The notes beneath the pieces are model-generated. The model did no database searches and was not told where the DNA came from. It saw only the letters and a list, made by a program, of their open reading frames with translations. Made by a program: the position numbers and the translations under genes. This document shows positions 28,201 to 38,400 of a stretch of 64,000 nucleotides of DNA, piece by piece (position 1 is the first letter of the stretch; every line of letters starts with the position of its first letter). The stretch is taken from the NCBI GenBank assembly GCA_000934665.2, contig KZ538132.1, forward strand, positions 1-64,000, written 5' to 3'. The DNA is from Catajapyx aquilonaris. Taxonomy: Eukaryota.

Positions 28201-30542
28201 ACTTCAGACCCCAGCTCCCTTCTTATGAATGCCACCCTTCAAAAGTACTGCAAATACAGTAAAACCTCGATATAACGCTCTTCAAGGGACTGACACAAAG
28301 TAGCGTTATAAGCAGGATAGCGTTATGAGAGAAATAAGATTTAATTCACCCTCTTCTCAGGACATGAATGCCTTCACTTTTTTACGTAGATTGAAGCCTA
28401 TAAACCAAATTAACCTGAACTAACCTTTCAATGTAGGTCGTATTCTTTCCCGAAAGTTTAGGACCACCCCCACCCAAAGAGTTCTGCTATAATGTACCTA
28501 GAGGAAGTACTCCCTATCCTTTCCCATTAGCCAGGCTGAGGGCAACCACCATCTTTACTCATGTAATATTGTATTCTGACAGTTGTCTAGCAACTGGGAC
28601 AACAACCAATAATGACAACTGGGAAGACAATTATTCCAATAATGTCAATAGCCACCATCTTTACTCAGGTAATATTGTTGCCTGGATTGTTGCCTGCCGT
28701 ACATTTCACCCCAAGTGCTCTCTCCAGGTATATTATATATTATAGCAGAAATCTTTGCCCCCACCCAGAGGTTTTTCATTTCTCAAGCTGACACTTAAAC
28801 AGCAAAAATTAAAAGTGTAAGGTACCATTGAAAGCATATTCAAGAGACCTGTAAGACAAAAAGGAACGGTCATCCTACAGGCTCCACAGAAGCGGAGATT
28901 TTAATTATTGCATTGCCTTTTAAAAATATCGACAAAAAGCTACATTTTCAACTATAAATAGTAACCAAGGTGACCGTCACGTATTGACATGTGGATTTTT
29001 CCTTGACACGAAATAAACGTCAATCAATGGGAAAAATCAGCAAAATGTTTTAAAAATCCATAGCCGAATTAGAATTTCTTTCAATTACCGTCACTTTCCT
29101 CGCTATAATCGCGATTATGGGAAGAAAAGTGACGGAAATCGATGTTATATGCGCGAACGCATTAAAGTGGGAACCCCTATACGCTGTAAAATTTACTATA
29201 GGGTCTTACGGGGCTGATCAAAGGACCGGGGAAAAACGAGCGTTAAAAGTGGGAAAGCGTTATATCACGGTTTTACTGTATTTCCATAGTCTTATGAAGT
29301 TTCATCACAAATATTAGTGACTGTATTTGTTCATGCAACATCAACCTGCATATTCCTACCATCTTCCCTCATTACTGGGTGTGGTATTTTTCAATTGAGG
29401 AGCCATCATTTTGCTCTATCACTATCCTTCATTAATGAGCCACCTGCTTTTCCTATTAGCATTATCTTACAAGAAGCTTGTAAAGTCACTAAGGCCACAC
29501 ACATCCCTAACTAGCAATATCCATTTTTGTTAAACAAACATTTAAAATGGGAGGAGAAAACATTATTATCCATTCGAAGTATGTTGTGTGTTACAGCAAT
29601 GCAGCCATTTGTGGACTGTGTCCATAAGAACATTCCACTCCAATAGTTTGCACATGAACTTTGTGACAGTGGCAATGTATCTAGGCAAGTTTCTCAACTA
29701 ATGATGCAAGACTCACTTGCAAAACACCATGTGGTGGGCAATGGATCTGACAAAATCCAATTTTATTTTTACAGTTTCAAAGAGGTTTCAGAATTCACAT
29801 GCTTAAGGTAGAGAACATGTGCCCATGGCTTAGAAGAACAACAATTCTGCAAGGTGAAACAATCTCCAAATCTAATGCTACACTGCAGCATGACTCAGGC
29901 CTGATTGCACCAATGTTAGGATAAAGAGAGAAAAGTGACAGTTTCAAGTTGCTCTGAACATCGCATTTTTACACTTCAATCTGGTTTATCTTACTTCTCA
30001 TACCAGTTTTCTTACGGTTATTCCATTTCCTCCCAATCAAAATCTATAACAGATCAATTCATGAAAGGTCAGGTATTGATACAAGGATTCCTAAGCAGCC
30101 ACAAGCCTATCATGTAGTAACTATCATTATCATGCTCCAATCAGGTCCAATTCCTATCCTGTCTGCATCATGCCACCTGTTCAGTCATGTAAAATAGCCC
30201 TTGCAATGGGCGGAGCACACCCTGCTGCATAAGCTTGCACCCATGTAATCTTTTCCAGGCTAGCATTAACACTGCAACTTCATTCTCCTCGGATGCACAC
30301 CATCACAGTGTACGCTAGTGACGGAACTTTCAACAACAAGCAACTTTATCGAGCCAAGAAATGTTTCCTGGCTGTGGTGCAACCAGACACTAAGGACGGT
30401 TGCGCAAGCGGAATGAGCTGTTCAATGAGGGTCTGGTGCCACTGCTTCCAAGCCTGTAGGAGTCTAGAAGCTTCCAGATCGACATGCAAATACTCACCAC
30501 CTCAGAGGTGCTCTTCTTTAGCTTGTTCCTGTCGATCTTCAT
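1244..30542 (-). CDS. HUWE1: E3 ubiquitin-protein ligase HUWE1 (N-terminal ~two-thirds; the HECT end lies beyond the left edge)
   Basis: Phase-consistent exons: 30498-30542, 27178-27396, 26741-27043, 17863-20094, 16336-16581, 15973-16170, 15465-15752, 14519-14682, 14318-14440, 13937-14168, 11778-12185, 11531-11659, 10246-11369, 9882-10122, 9645-9804, 8031-9496, 6407-6749, 4259-4463, 3180-3327, 2835-3092, 1244-2611. N-terminus [19 protein letters not shown]; armadillo-like DUF908/DUF913 region; UBA ([19 protein letters not shown]); UIM ([13 protein letters not shown]); WWE ([14 protein letters not shown]...GRRRYSIQF); UBMs ([35 protein letters not shown]). Confidence 0.97.
3806..4082. mobile_element. 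pogo/Tigger1-like MITE
   Basis: Termini CAGGCAAACCTTGCTA / TAGCAAGGCGTGCCTG followed by TA; subterminal GCGGGCTTGGTTCCAGACC recalls the Tigger1 end. Confidence 0.6.
5537..5898. mobile_element. Foldback MITE with degenerate CAGGGTG-type ends
   Basis: Nearly the whole element is an inverted repeat (GTGGCCATAAAG...CTTTATGGCCAC; AGAGGGAAGTGGTGAC/GTCACCACTTCCCTCT); TA at the right end. Confidence 0.8.
5990..6263. mobile_element. TA-flanked MITE
   Basis: ~45-bp TIRs CTCTTCGATTCAC..AAGTCTGAACCTTTTTTGGATAT / ATATCCAAAAAGGTTCAGACTT..GAATCGGAGAG, TA on both sides. Confidence 0.75.
6897..7875. mobile_element. pogo/Tigger-type MITE (outer element), interrupted by 6943-7219
   Basis: TA-CTGTAAAACTTCTATAAGTCGAA ... 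TTCGACTTACAGAAGTTTTACTG-TA; related inverted copy at ~21432-21623. Confidence 0.8.
6943..7219. mobile_element. Tc1/mariner-type MITE nested in the 6897-7875 element
   Basis: CAGGGTGT...ACATCCTG ends, ~85-bp TIRs, TA duplication splitting a TAAGTCGAA subrepeat of the host element. Confidence 0.85.
12434..13252. mobile_element. Long-TIR foldback MITE
   Basis: TA-CTTGCCC...GGGCAAG-TA ends; degenerate inverted arms of about 200 bp (CACCCCCAAAAA/TTTTTGGGGGTG; GTTAACAACTGAAATAAAT/ATTTATTTCAGTTGTTAAC). Confidence 0.8.
13587..13894 (-). mobile_element. tRNA-derived SINE with (TTA)n tail
   Basis: Minus-strand A box (AGCGGTGTAGTGG) and B box (GGTTCGAATCC); 16-bp TSD TACCATAATAAATCAT at 13571-13586 and 13895-13910. 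Confidence 0.9.
14780..15137 (+). mobile_element. tRNA-derived SINE
   Basis: A box TGGCCGTGATGG, B box GGTTCGATCCC, A/T-rich tail; 13-bp TSD ATTACAATCAAAA at 14767-14779 and 15138-15150. Confidence 0.88.
16916..17250. mobile_element. Foldback MITE (PIF/Harbinger-like)
   Basis: ~100-bp inverted arms (TTTCACTGCTACATTATGTGGCGACCCT / AGGGTCGCCACATAATGTAGCAGTGAAA); ends approximate. Confidence 0.75.
21432..21623. mobile_element. Partial copy of the 6897-7875 Tigger-type MITE family, inverted
   Basis: Reverse complement of ~7222-7367 plus the terminal TTCGACTTATAGAAGTTTTACTG-TA. Confidence 0.75.
21808..22914 (+). mobile_element. Decayed mariner element
   Basis: ~150-bp degenerate TIRs (GTGGGTTG..AAGTCAT / ATGACTT..CAACCCACG); broken transposase fragments [22 protein letters not shown] (WVPHEL region) and [15 protein letters not shown] (first catalytic D region) at ~22451-22610. 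Confidence 0.8.
22036..22323. mobile_element. PIF/Harbinger-type MITE nested in the mariner relic
   Basis: TIRs GGCTATTTTCACATGAGGCCACCATGGCAG / CTGCCATGGTGGCCTCGTGCGAAAATAGCC, flanked by TAA/GAA. Confidence 0.75.
23114..23562. mobile_element. PIF/Harbinger-type MITE
   Basis: TIRs GGGGCTGCTTTTGCTCCCTCTCCAGGAAGATGGAGAGG / CCTCTCCATCTTCCTGGAGAGGGACCAAAAACAGGCCC with TTA duplication. Confidence 0.8.
23637..23946. repeat. Tandem dimer of a 152-bp unit bounded by inverted repeats
   Basis: Units start at 23637 and 23789, third start at 23941; each has AGGGGTTAGCAACTCCC...GGGAGTTGCTAACCCCT. Confidence 0.9.
24004..24394. mobile_element. Tc1/mariner-type MITE
   Basis: TA-CAGGGTGAACCAACTTCAAGTGTCGTTTTATAAC ... 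GTTATAAAACGACACTTGAAGTTGGTCCACCCTG-TA; inverted arms ~140 bp. Confidence 0.88.
25621..25963 (+). mobile_element. Degenerate SINE
   Basis: 15-bp TSD ATATTAACATTTCAC at 25606-25620 and 25964-25978; degenerate A/B boxes (TGGCGCTGCAGT; GGATCAAATTCC); ATT-type tail. Confidence 0.7.
28257..29278. mobile_element. pogo/Tigger-type non-autonomous element, probably with internal insertions
   Basis: TA-CAGTAAAACCTCGATATAACGCT ... AGCGTTATATCACGGTTTTACTG-TA. Confidence 0.8.
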
Positions 30543-30796
30543 CTTGCCTCGCTAGACCGTCAAGCCCCAACGCATCCAGCGACCTCCGTCATGAACCTAC
30601 AAATCAAAGCACACCGTCACAACCCTGGCTGTGGCACATCATTGCACCCATCCCTCCAAAAAATGCGCCATGTCATCCTCCTATTTTCGCACTTCCCCCC
30701 CACTTTTCCCACCCACATCTTGTTTTGACATTACCCCCAACCTCCCCCCTGCTCTTTTGTCTCTCTAGAGGCGACCAAGAGGTGTCGAAAACTCAC

Positions 30797-31500
30797 TGGT
30801 CGTGGGCTGAGGCGGCGACTAGTGCTGGATCTGCTAAAAACGGGGCAGGGCTGTTGCGACTGTAGGGGGGGAGGCCAGCTAGAGGGAGAGCTAGAGACGA
30901 CCGCAGTCGCAAAACTAGGGGTTCAACCTCATGGAACGACCGTCGGCCATCTTGGCACAGTCACAAAGAAACCCCCGGATGTTGCGTTTTCGTTCGATTT
31001 CGGTCCACCCCACCGCTCCCCCTCCCTACCACCCCTCCCTTCCTTCCCCCCCCGCTCGCCCTACCGTCTCCCCTCCTCTTTCTCTACTAACTGCACAAAA
31101 TGGTGGGGGACCAGCACTACAAGAGGGTTTGCTATCCTAAGTAAGGAGTAGCCTACAGTACCTTTCAGGTCGGGTGGGAAAGGCCCATGTTTACTGTGTG
31201 GGTTAATGGGAACCACTGCCCGATGTGCTCCCGACGGTTCCAAAAAGGCGACTGGGGTGGTGGGGGGAGGCGGGGTGGGGGAGGCAGGGAGGGGGAGGCA
31301 GGGAACCAATCGGGTCTGATCGGACGTCACGTGGTCTCCTGATTGGTCAATCGAGGAGGCCGAATTTGTACGAAGTTGTGTGATTCTGGTGGGGGTTTCG
31401 GAGGTTGGCCGCTGCGGCGCTGTTACCCTGCTCAGGGTCGGCGGGGATTTCAAAAATCGGAGGGTAATGGTCGGGGCTACAGTTGGGAGGACCTCCTACT
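30797..31500 (-). promoter_or_regulatory. HUWE1 non-coding first exon and CpG-rich promoter
   Basis: Minus-strand donor GTGAGT at 30796-30791; YY1-like CAAGATGGC near 30950; CCAAT boxes and GACGTCACGTG near 31305-31346; CpG-rich compared with the gene body. TSS not determinable. Confidence 0.6.
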
Positions 31501-31786
31501 TGAATAGTAACATGTGGAGCCGTGATCACGTTACGTAGGCCATGTAATGAAATAACTATGGGAGAAGATGAATGGAAAAGTTCGTCTTTCTCTTACCCAA
31601 CCAGCTTGGGGGATCCTACCAGAAGCAAAGGGGCACTAGTCACAAATGAGGATAACAACAGGCAGGTGAATAAAATGTGCAGTTTATACCACCACCTTCA
31701 CTGGTTACACAATAAATTCGATACATTTTTATTTGATATAACAGTGAGATTGATTCCATCCATTTGGTTTGTAGCTCTTTAGAGTG

Positions 31787-33275
31787 CTACTTTCTTGAGG
31801 AATGGGAATGAACAGACTTTAAAAATGCACCAAGATTATCAGGGTTGATGTCAGGGTAGATTCCATGGCCCAAGTTTGCAATGTATCCTTGAACTCCAAA
31901 TTTATTAACCATGTGTTCAACCATCACGTCAATTTCTTCCTAATAAAAAAAAAATTAAAGTTGGAATTATATTAGTCACTTAAATGTACATTTAAAAAAT
32001 AAATGAAAGGACTGGACAATGCATATCTCACTTTAGAGGCGTACAGTGCACATGGATCCAAATTTCCCTGCAGAACAACATTAGAGCCAGCTTGACTTCT
32101 GGCCCAAGCCGGATCCACAGTCCAGTCTATTCCAATCACATCATAACCACTGCCAGCTAACTCTTTCAAGCCGTAGTGAATCCCTTTTGCAAAAATGGTC
32201 TGAAATGTATTGTAAAGCAAACAGGTTGTCACTCGCAATGAAAATGGTAGTTGACATCTCACCATTGGAACACCTTTATGTCCGCTTCTCTGCAATCTGT
32301 CCTTCACTTTTTGTGAAATCTGTTGCAAATAAGGTAGAGAAAACTCCTCAAAGAGTCCTGGGGTCAGATAGTCTCCATTCGATTCAAATATCTGCAACAT
32401 CTGAACACCACATTAATGCTTTAAACATGACGAAAGGAAACTGTACAAATTCACACCTGTGCTCCTGCTTTTGCTTGCTCTACACAGTAATCAACTACAA
32501 TGTCAGTGATCATCTGAAGCAACCGTTTGCTCTCATCTGGACATTTGTAGAGCCATGACTTTGCCTTGGACCAGGTTTTAGATCCACTTCCTTCAATCAT
32601 GTAAGCCATCAATGTCCACTAAAATAACAATTTTAGATCAATGAAGGGTTGCAAATGGACTTAATTTTCAGACACTAACAGGAGCACCAGAGAATCCAAT
32701 CAACGGAACACGTCCTTCCAGTTTGCGTCTGGTCAACGCAATGGCCTTCATGACATACCCCAATTTATCTCTCACATCAACTGGGAATGTCAGTGTATCT
32801 ATGTCATCGCTGTCATTCAGTGGCTGGCGAAATACTGGTCCCTGCAAGATAACATGTGTGATTCAAATTATATAAGAAGACACATTCACTGCAACTTCTC
32901 ACCACTCCCGGTTTCATGTCCACCTCCATGCCCATAGCCTGCGGAATGACAAGTATGTCTGAGAAAATTATTGCCGCATCCAATTCCTTGTATCTCCGGA
33001 TCGGTTGCAACGTTATCTCCGAGGCCAGTTCAGGCGTCTGACAGATGGTAAAGAAGTCATGCTTCGACCTCATCTCACGAAATTCTGAACAAGAAAAATC
33101 AGCCTCAGTTATTCACATTTTGAAAGGCTCTATTTTATGCTCAGTCCTTAGCACCAAATTATGCTGGCACCCCAATATTTTGGGAAAAGCCATGATGTGT
33201 GTGTAATAAAAATACAATAATTGTTACAATTATGTAACAATGTGCAATTTTATATTACGGTGTTGTTGTTGTTGC

Positions 33276-33323
<48 letters not shown>

Positions 33324-33553
33324 CATTATTATTATTAGCACAATGAGGCGAGAAACCTGGCAGGTATCTTCCAGCCTGCCTCATAACCCAAACGGGACAT
33401 CTTTCCACAGTCTTCCCCTGGGCAGCCCGGAGAAGGAGGTCGTTTTGCAGAGGAGGGAACTCTTCCTGAAACAATATTCAAGTTTAACAATGCGCAAAGT
33501 GTGGTAAAATGAACTAGAAATGAATGAGAAATAATTATTACATCTTGATCCAT
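31787..33553 (-). CDS. UROD: Uroporphyrinogen decarboxylase
   Basis: Exons 33542-33553, 33357-33465, 32903-33084, 32680-32841, 32457-32618, 32263-32400, 32032-32199, 31787-31939; signatures [46 protein letters not shown]. Confidence 0.96.
33262..33337. repeat. (TTG)n/(TTA)n microsatellite in a UROD intron
   Basis: Direct reading. Confidence 0.95.
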
Positions 33554-33569
33554 GAGTTGGCAGCAGAAG

Positions 33570-33850
33570 GCAACAAATGATACCGCGCCTCACTATCGGA
33601 TATCGTTACAGGCAGGGTGTGCAACACACATATTACTTTTATGTGAATATGATTGATAAACATATTAAAATATGTGTTTGAAATATATGATTGGCCTGTA
33701 TGAGTAGAAATAACTTTAAATAACCTCCAAGTTGTCGGCCGTTGTCGACTATTGGCAATGATAGTGAAATTATGGTAATAGTTTGAGGCGATTCGATAGT
33801 GTCAGTTGCCGGCCATCTTTTTTTAGTTCACGTGTGTGTCTGTGCAGGTA
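33570..33850. promoter_or_regulatory. Compact bidirectional promoter shared by UROD and PNO1
   Basis: Inr-like TCAGTT at 33802-33807 (+) followed by YY1-like GCCATCTT and a donor after 33847; Inr-like TCATTT (-) near 33580; DRE-like CGATA motifs. Confidence 0.55.
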
Positions 33851-34090
33851 TGAATTTTATTTATTTTATTTACTAATTAATGGCTGCTTATAAGGCCCTT
33901 CCCGTCCCCTGACGTCCATTCAGCCGACGGTGATTTCTTAGCTACCAAAAGCCATATGCAGATATGAATTTTAGATCAGCTCACTGCTGGAGGACTTGCA
34001 GCCTAGTAGTGTACTGTGAACATGGGCTGCAAAAATGTAGTGCATAAATGTGTAGCTCTAAAGTAATCCTTTCCTTTTAAGGGTGTGAGG

Positions 34091-34975
34091 ATGGGCAAGA
34101 GCGGCATTCAGCAGGCTGGAGAGTCGGCACCCTTCAGGGTGGTCAAAAAGAGGACGAAGCGAGGTTACTTCAAGAAGGGGGGTGTCGCCAAGGCAGGGGA
34201 ACAGCAGGTATTGAAATTATGTGCGGTTGGAGCGAAGTAATTTAATTTTTGAGAAAACTCTACTGAACAATAGATGTAACACAAGAATTGCCCTCTATCA
34301 ATATGTGACATTCTTTTACAGGATGGATCAGCAAATCGCAGAGGCCAGAAGCGTGCTCGGAAGGACACGGAGTCAATGGACGTGGACAAGCCAAACTTCC
34401 CTCCAGCCAAGAAGGAACGCTCTTCGACAGCTTACGAGTCTCGCAAAATACCTGTTCCACCACACCGATACTCTCCGCTGAAAGAGCACTGGATGAAGAT
34501 ATTCACACCTGTGGTTGAACATCTCCAACTGCAGATTCGCTTCAACCTGAAAACTCGTAATGTTGAGGTTCGGACCTGCGATGCAACACCAGATGTTGCT
34601 AACCTCCAGAAGGCAGCTGACTTTGTCCGTGCCTTTTTACTGGGCTTCGATGTTGATGATGCCTTAGCTCTACTCCGCCTCGATGACCTGTTTGTGGAGT
34701 CATTTGAGATCCAAGATGTAAAGCCGTTGAAGGGTGACCATCTTGCTAGGGCAATTGGCCGCTTGGCTGGAAAAGGTGGGAGGACCAAGTTCACCATAGA
34801 GAACGTGACCCGCACGCGAATCGTGTTGGCTGACTGCAAGATTCACGTCATGGGCTCATTTCAGAACATACAGATTGCACGGAGAGCCCTTTGCAACCTC
34901 ATTTTAGGGAGCCCACCTTCCAAAGTGTATGGTTCATTACGTGCTGTTGCAAGTCGAGCTTCAGAGCGTTTCTGA
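34091..34975 (+). CDS. PNO1: RNA-binding protein PNO1 (Dim2/RRP20), KH domain
   Basis: join(34091..34207,34322..34975), in frame; motifs [65 protein letters not shown]. Confidence 0.96.
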
Positions 34976-35093
34976 ACTTAACAAAACTACTGTTTATGTA
35001 TCAACTGTAGATAACCAACTCACATTAAAGTTGTAAAAGTGACATTGCTTATCACCTTACTCTCATTTCTGACAGCAGGACCTCTCTGTGGTT

Positions 35094-35185
35094 GTATCAA
35101 CAGTTCAAAAAGAATTGTCCCTTTCATCCTGACACGTGGCTGCCCGCTCGACGCTCAGGGACAATTCTTTTTGAACTGTTGATAC
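35094..35185. repeat. Perfect 29-bp inverted repeat with 34-nt loop
   Basis: GTATCAACAGTTCAAAAAGAATTGTCCCT (35094-35122) and its exact reverse complement (35157-35185). Confidence 0.95.
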
Positions 35186-35441
35186 CAGCTTAACTCCAAA
35201 TGTTGCATGCTGTGTAATTCAGCTGTCAGCAGATGTAAGATGCAGATTCTCTGTGAATTAATGAGCCTCAGGAAGCTGCAAACATGCAACAATTTCAAAG
35301 GTCCAGACTACTGGTTTATTGTGAGAACCTACGTTTACACACATATAAAATCGATACACAGTGAAAGTTAAAACACACAAAAAACAAACTTTGGACGGAC
35401 TTTGGTTCATGATAATGCACCCTGAGGAGGATTTGAAGAGG

Positions 35442-38400
35442 TCAGCCCATGCCTCCGGTACGGTCCACTACGACTTGTTGCTGCACCGAGTCTCCATACA
35501 GAGTCTCATTGCTCTCTTCAATCACTGTGCCACTCTCAAGGTCAGTCTTCGTAACGGTCACTTCTGTGCATCCATCATTTCCTAGGACTGTGGTCACCTG
35601 GGTCTCCAAGCCTTGTATTGCAGGTACAGTCACCACCTGAGAAGAAGAGTATTAGGAGCATTACTTTGCATGTTAATCGAACACACTGTGTAGCCCTACG
35701 TTATGATGATAATGTAAATGTGTGGTGGCTGCTATCTTAATTTTGACAAAACTGTGGTAGTTTGAGCACAGACATCACCACTTTTGCAGTTAACTCAGAG
35801 CTCCCGACCTCTGTAATGGTACCTTATGCTATAAATTACTTACGCTGCCTGATAGACTTTCTTCTAGCTCTTCTTCATTCACTGGGGAATCTGTCTCTGG
35901 TGTAGTGGCATCACCGCTGCCTTCCTGGTTGTCCTGATATGGAACAGCATCTCCTTCATCATCGCCCTCACAGGCCTTATCTGCTTCATCCTCCCCTACC
36001 TGATAGGAAGAGCGGTAAAGTTGATTCTGTACTTGGGCAGGTAACAATTCAACTCACTTCTATTATTAATTGATACGTCACCTTCCCCTCTGATTCTTGA
36101 TCAGACTGCTCTGCTTCCTCGTAAGTGCGGGCCTCCTCACTGTCTGCTTCCTCGCTGTCCTCTTCCCCTTCCTGACTACCCTTCTCTTCTCCCTCTTCTT
36201 GGTCCTCGTCATGCCCCACTGCTTCATCCTCACTGGTTTCTTCCTCATCCCCCTCCTCTTTCTCCCCACCTTCCTCGCTGAACCCACTCTGCAGGCTTGC
36301 AGGCCCTGTGCTTGGAACCTCCATACTCAGTGGCGATTCTAAGACGGATCAACATCAAATTAGAATTTCAATGGGTAAATATTGAAGGGTTCGGGAGTAG
36401 AAGGTGATAACCCTCAAATGGGTCACAATTGAGCTATCACCTTCTTCTCTCGAACCCTATTGTAATCCATATGTCCAAAAAAAGGAGAGGGATAATGAAG
36501 GGTTCGGGAGAAGAAGGTGATAACTCAATTCCGACCCATTTGAGGGTTATCACTTATCACCTTCTACTCCCAAACCCTTCTATTGATGCCAAGCAAATGG
36601 GAACAACATACTGGTCATGAGCATTTACCATTCTAATGTAAATACACTGTACTCCCGATTATCCTGGCTAACAACTGCACAGGTGTTTCCGGATAATCGG
36701 AAAGTATGGATAATCCAAAAATGGTATTAGATAGCTTAAAATGAGCTATTAACAAGTGTTTAATGTACTACTGTACTATGCTGCTTTAAATAAGGTTTAA
36801 TCAAAATAATCAAACTTATCATAGATTTTTACTTTGTCTTCTAGAAAAAGTCTGATATGTCTTCCTTTGCGAGACATATTGCCATTTTTTTCGGATTTTT
36901 ATTTTTAATTTAATTTTTTTGCCGATACAGATAATCTGCACTCGGATAATCGGGAATACAGTGTAGTAGCCCTATAATAATGCTCGAGTACACTACTGGC
37001 TATACTCCTTTCAGGCTCAAGACATTGTCACAACCAACCACCGCATGTAACATACCTCTATCCCGATCGACTTGGAAAAGCGGCTTTCCAGGGAACTGGA
37101 TATCATCCTCGTTGGGCGGGATATCATGAGATCCATTGACGATGATCAGCTGCATGTGAGTCTCCTCACTGAGGTCTGGATTGAACTCATCGTCAATGTA
37201 CAGGTCTTCAGTGTTGTGATGGTGCTGCTGCTGCTGTTGCTGTTGTTGAGGGTGGGTAGTGTGCTCTGCCTTTCCATTTGTCTTGTCACTGTAGGGGTCT
37301 GGCGGTGGAATGATCTCTCTGTTTGGTTCATCAAACTGCACCTCCTCAGGACTCATGCATGCTTGTGCCAGGCTCTGGTTGGCTGTCATGAAGCTGTCCT
37401 GGTCCCCAGAGTCCTGAGGGACTGATTCCCCAGGGCTGGTCACAGAGATTGGCTCTGGTCTGGTACGCTCTGTTGGGGTGGATGTCTTTCTTGGGCCAAG
37501 TAGTGGAGGCAACTAGAAAAAATAGAGTAAATTAAAATAACATAACGTTTCACTCATGAATGCAGTATTGCCTGGCCATTTGCTTTCGTGTCACTACCAG
37601 CTGTCTCATGTAACAGTAAATCACACGTAATATACAATCAACAATGCAATGGTTGAGTAATTAATAAGGTAGTCCACACATCTCTTGTTGCATTTTTAGG
37701 TCAGAGCCTTTCTGCATGTCCACTTGTGGAGTTGTGGACACCCTAAATTATGCTACACGCTCTGTACCTCAATCCTCGTATTTGTCAAGTAGCTGTAGGG
37801 TAGTTCTAGATCAATCCTCCACCCAGGTTGGATTGGATCACTTCCCCTTCCTGCTCCTTTCTCATTGGCACTGCTGCTGTGCTGAAAACTTGTGTGCCCA
37901 CGTGACCTCACACATTTAGTTTTACAGCTCTCGGATAGGTAAGATAGGGAGACCTGGAGTGAGGAGTTAGAAAGGGTGAATCAGGTGAAGAAGTAGGGAA
38001 CAAAACTTTAAATGTATTTCTGTTGCACTCTGTTATAGATAAGTTTTAACACACTAGCTCCTACAGCCAGCTTTCCCACAATTCAAATTAAAAATACACC
38101 ATCTCAGGGGTCGAATTATTATTATTTTTTTGTCTAGGTGCAAAGTTTGCACTCCAGACTTTCATCTGGAGTGCAAATTGCTTACTTGAAGTGCTTAATA
38201 TTTAATTACTGTTCAGTTATGTTAAAAAGCAGGACCAACTGGAGTGCAAACTTTGGACTCTAAGGCTCAGTTTGGAGTGCACATGACACTTTTGGAGTGC
38301 AAATTGCACCTTTGCATCCGAATATTTCGACCCCTCCCATCTTTCTGCCAAGTACATAAGAATGTACATACTTTTGTCTCAAGCACTTGAACCATGTCCC

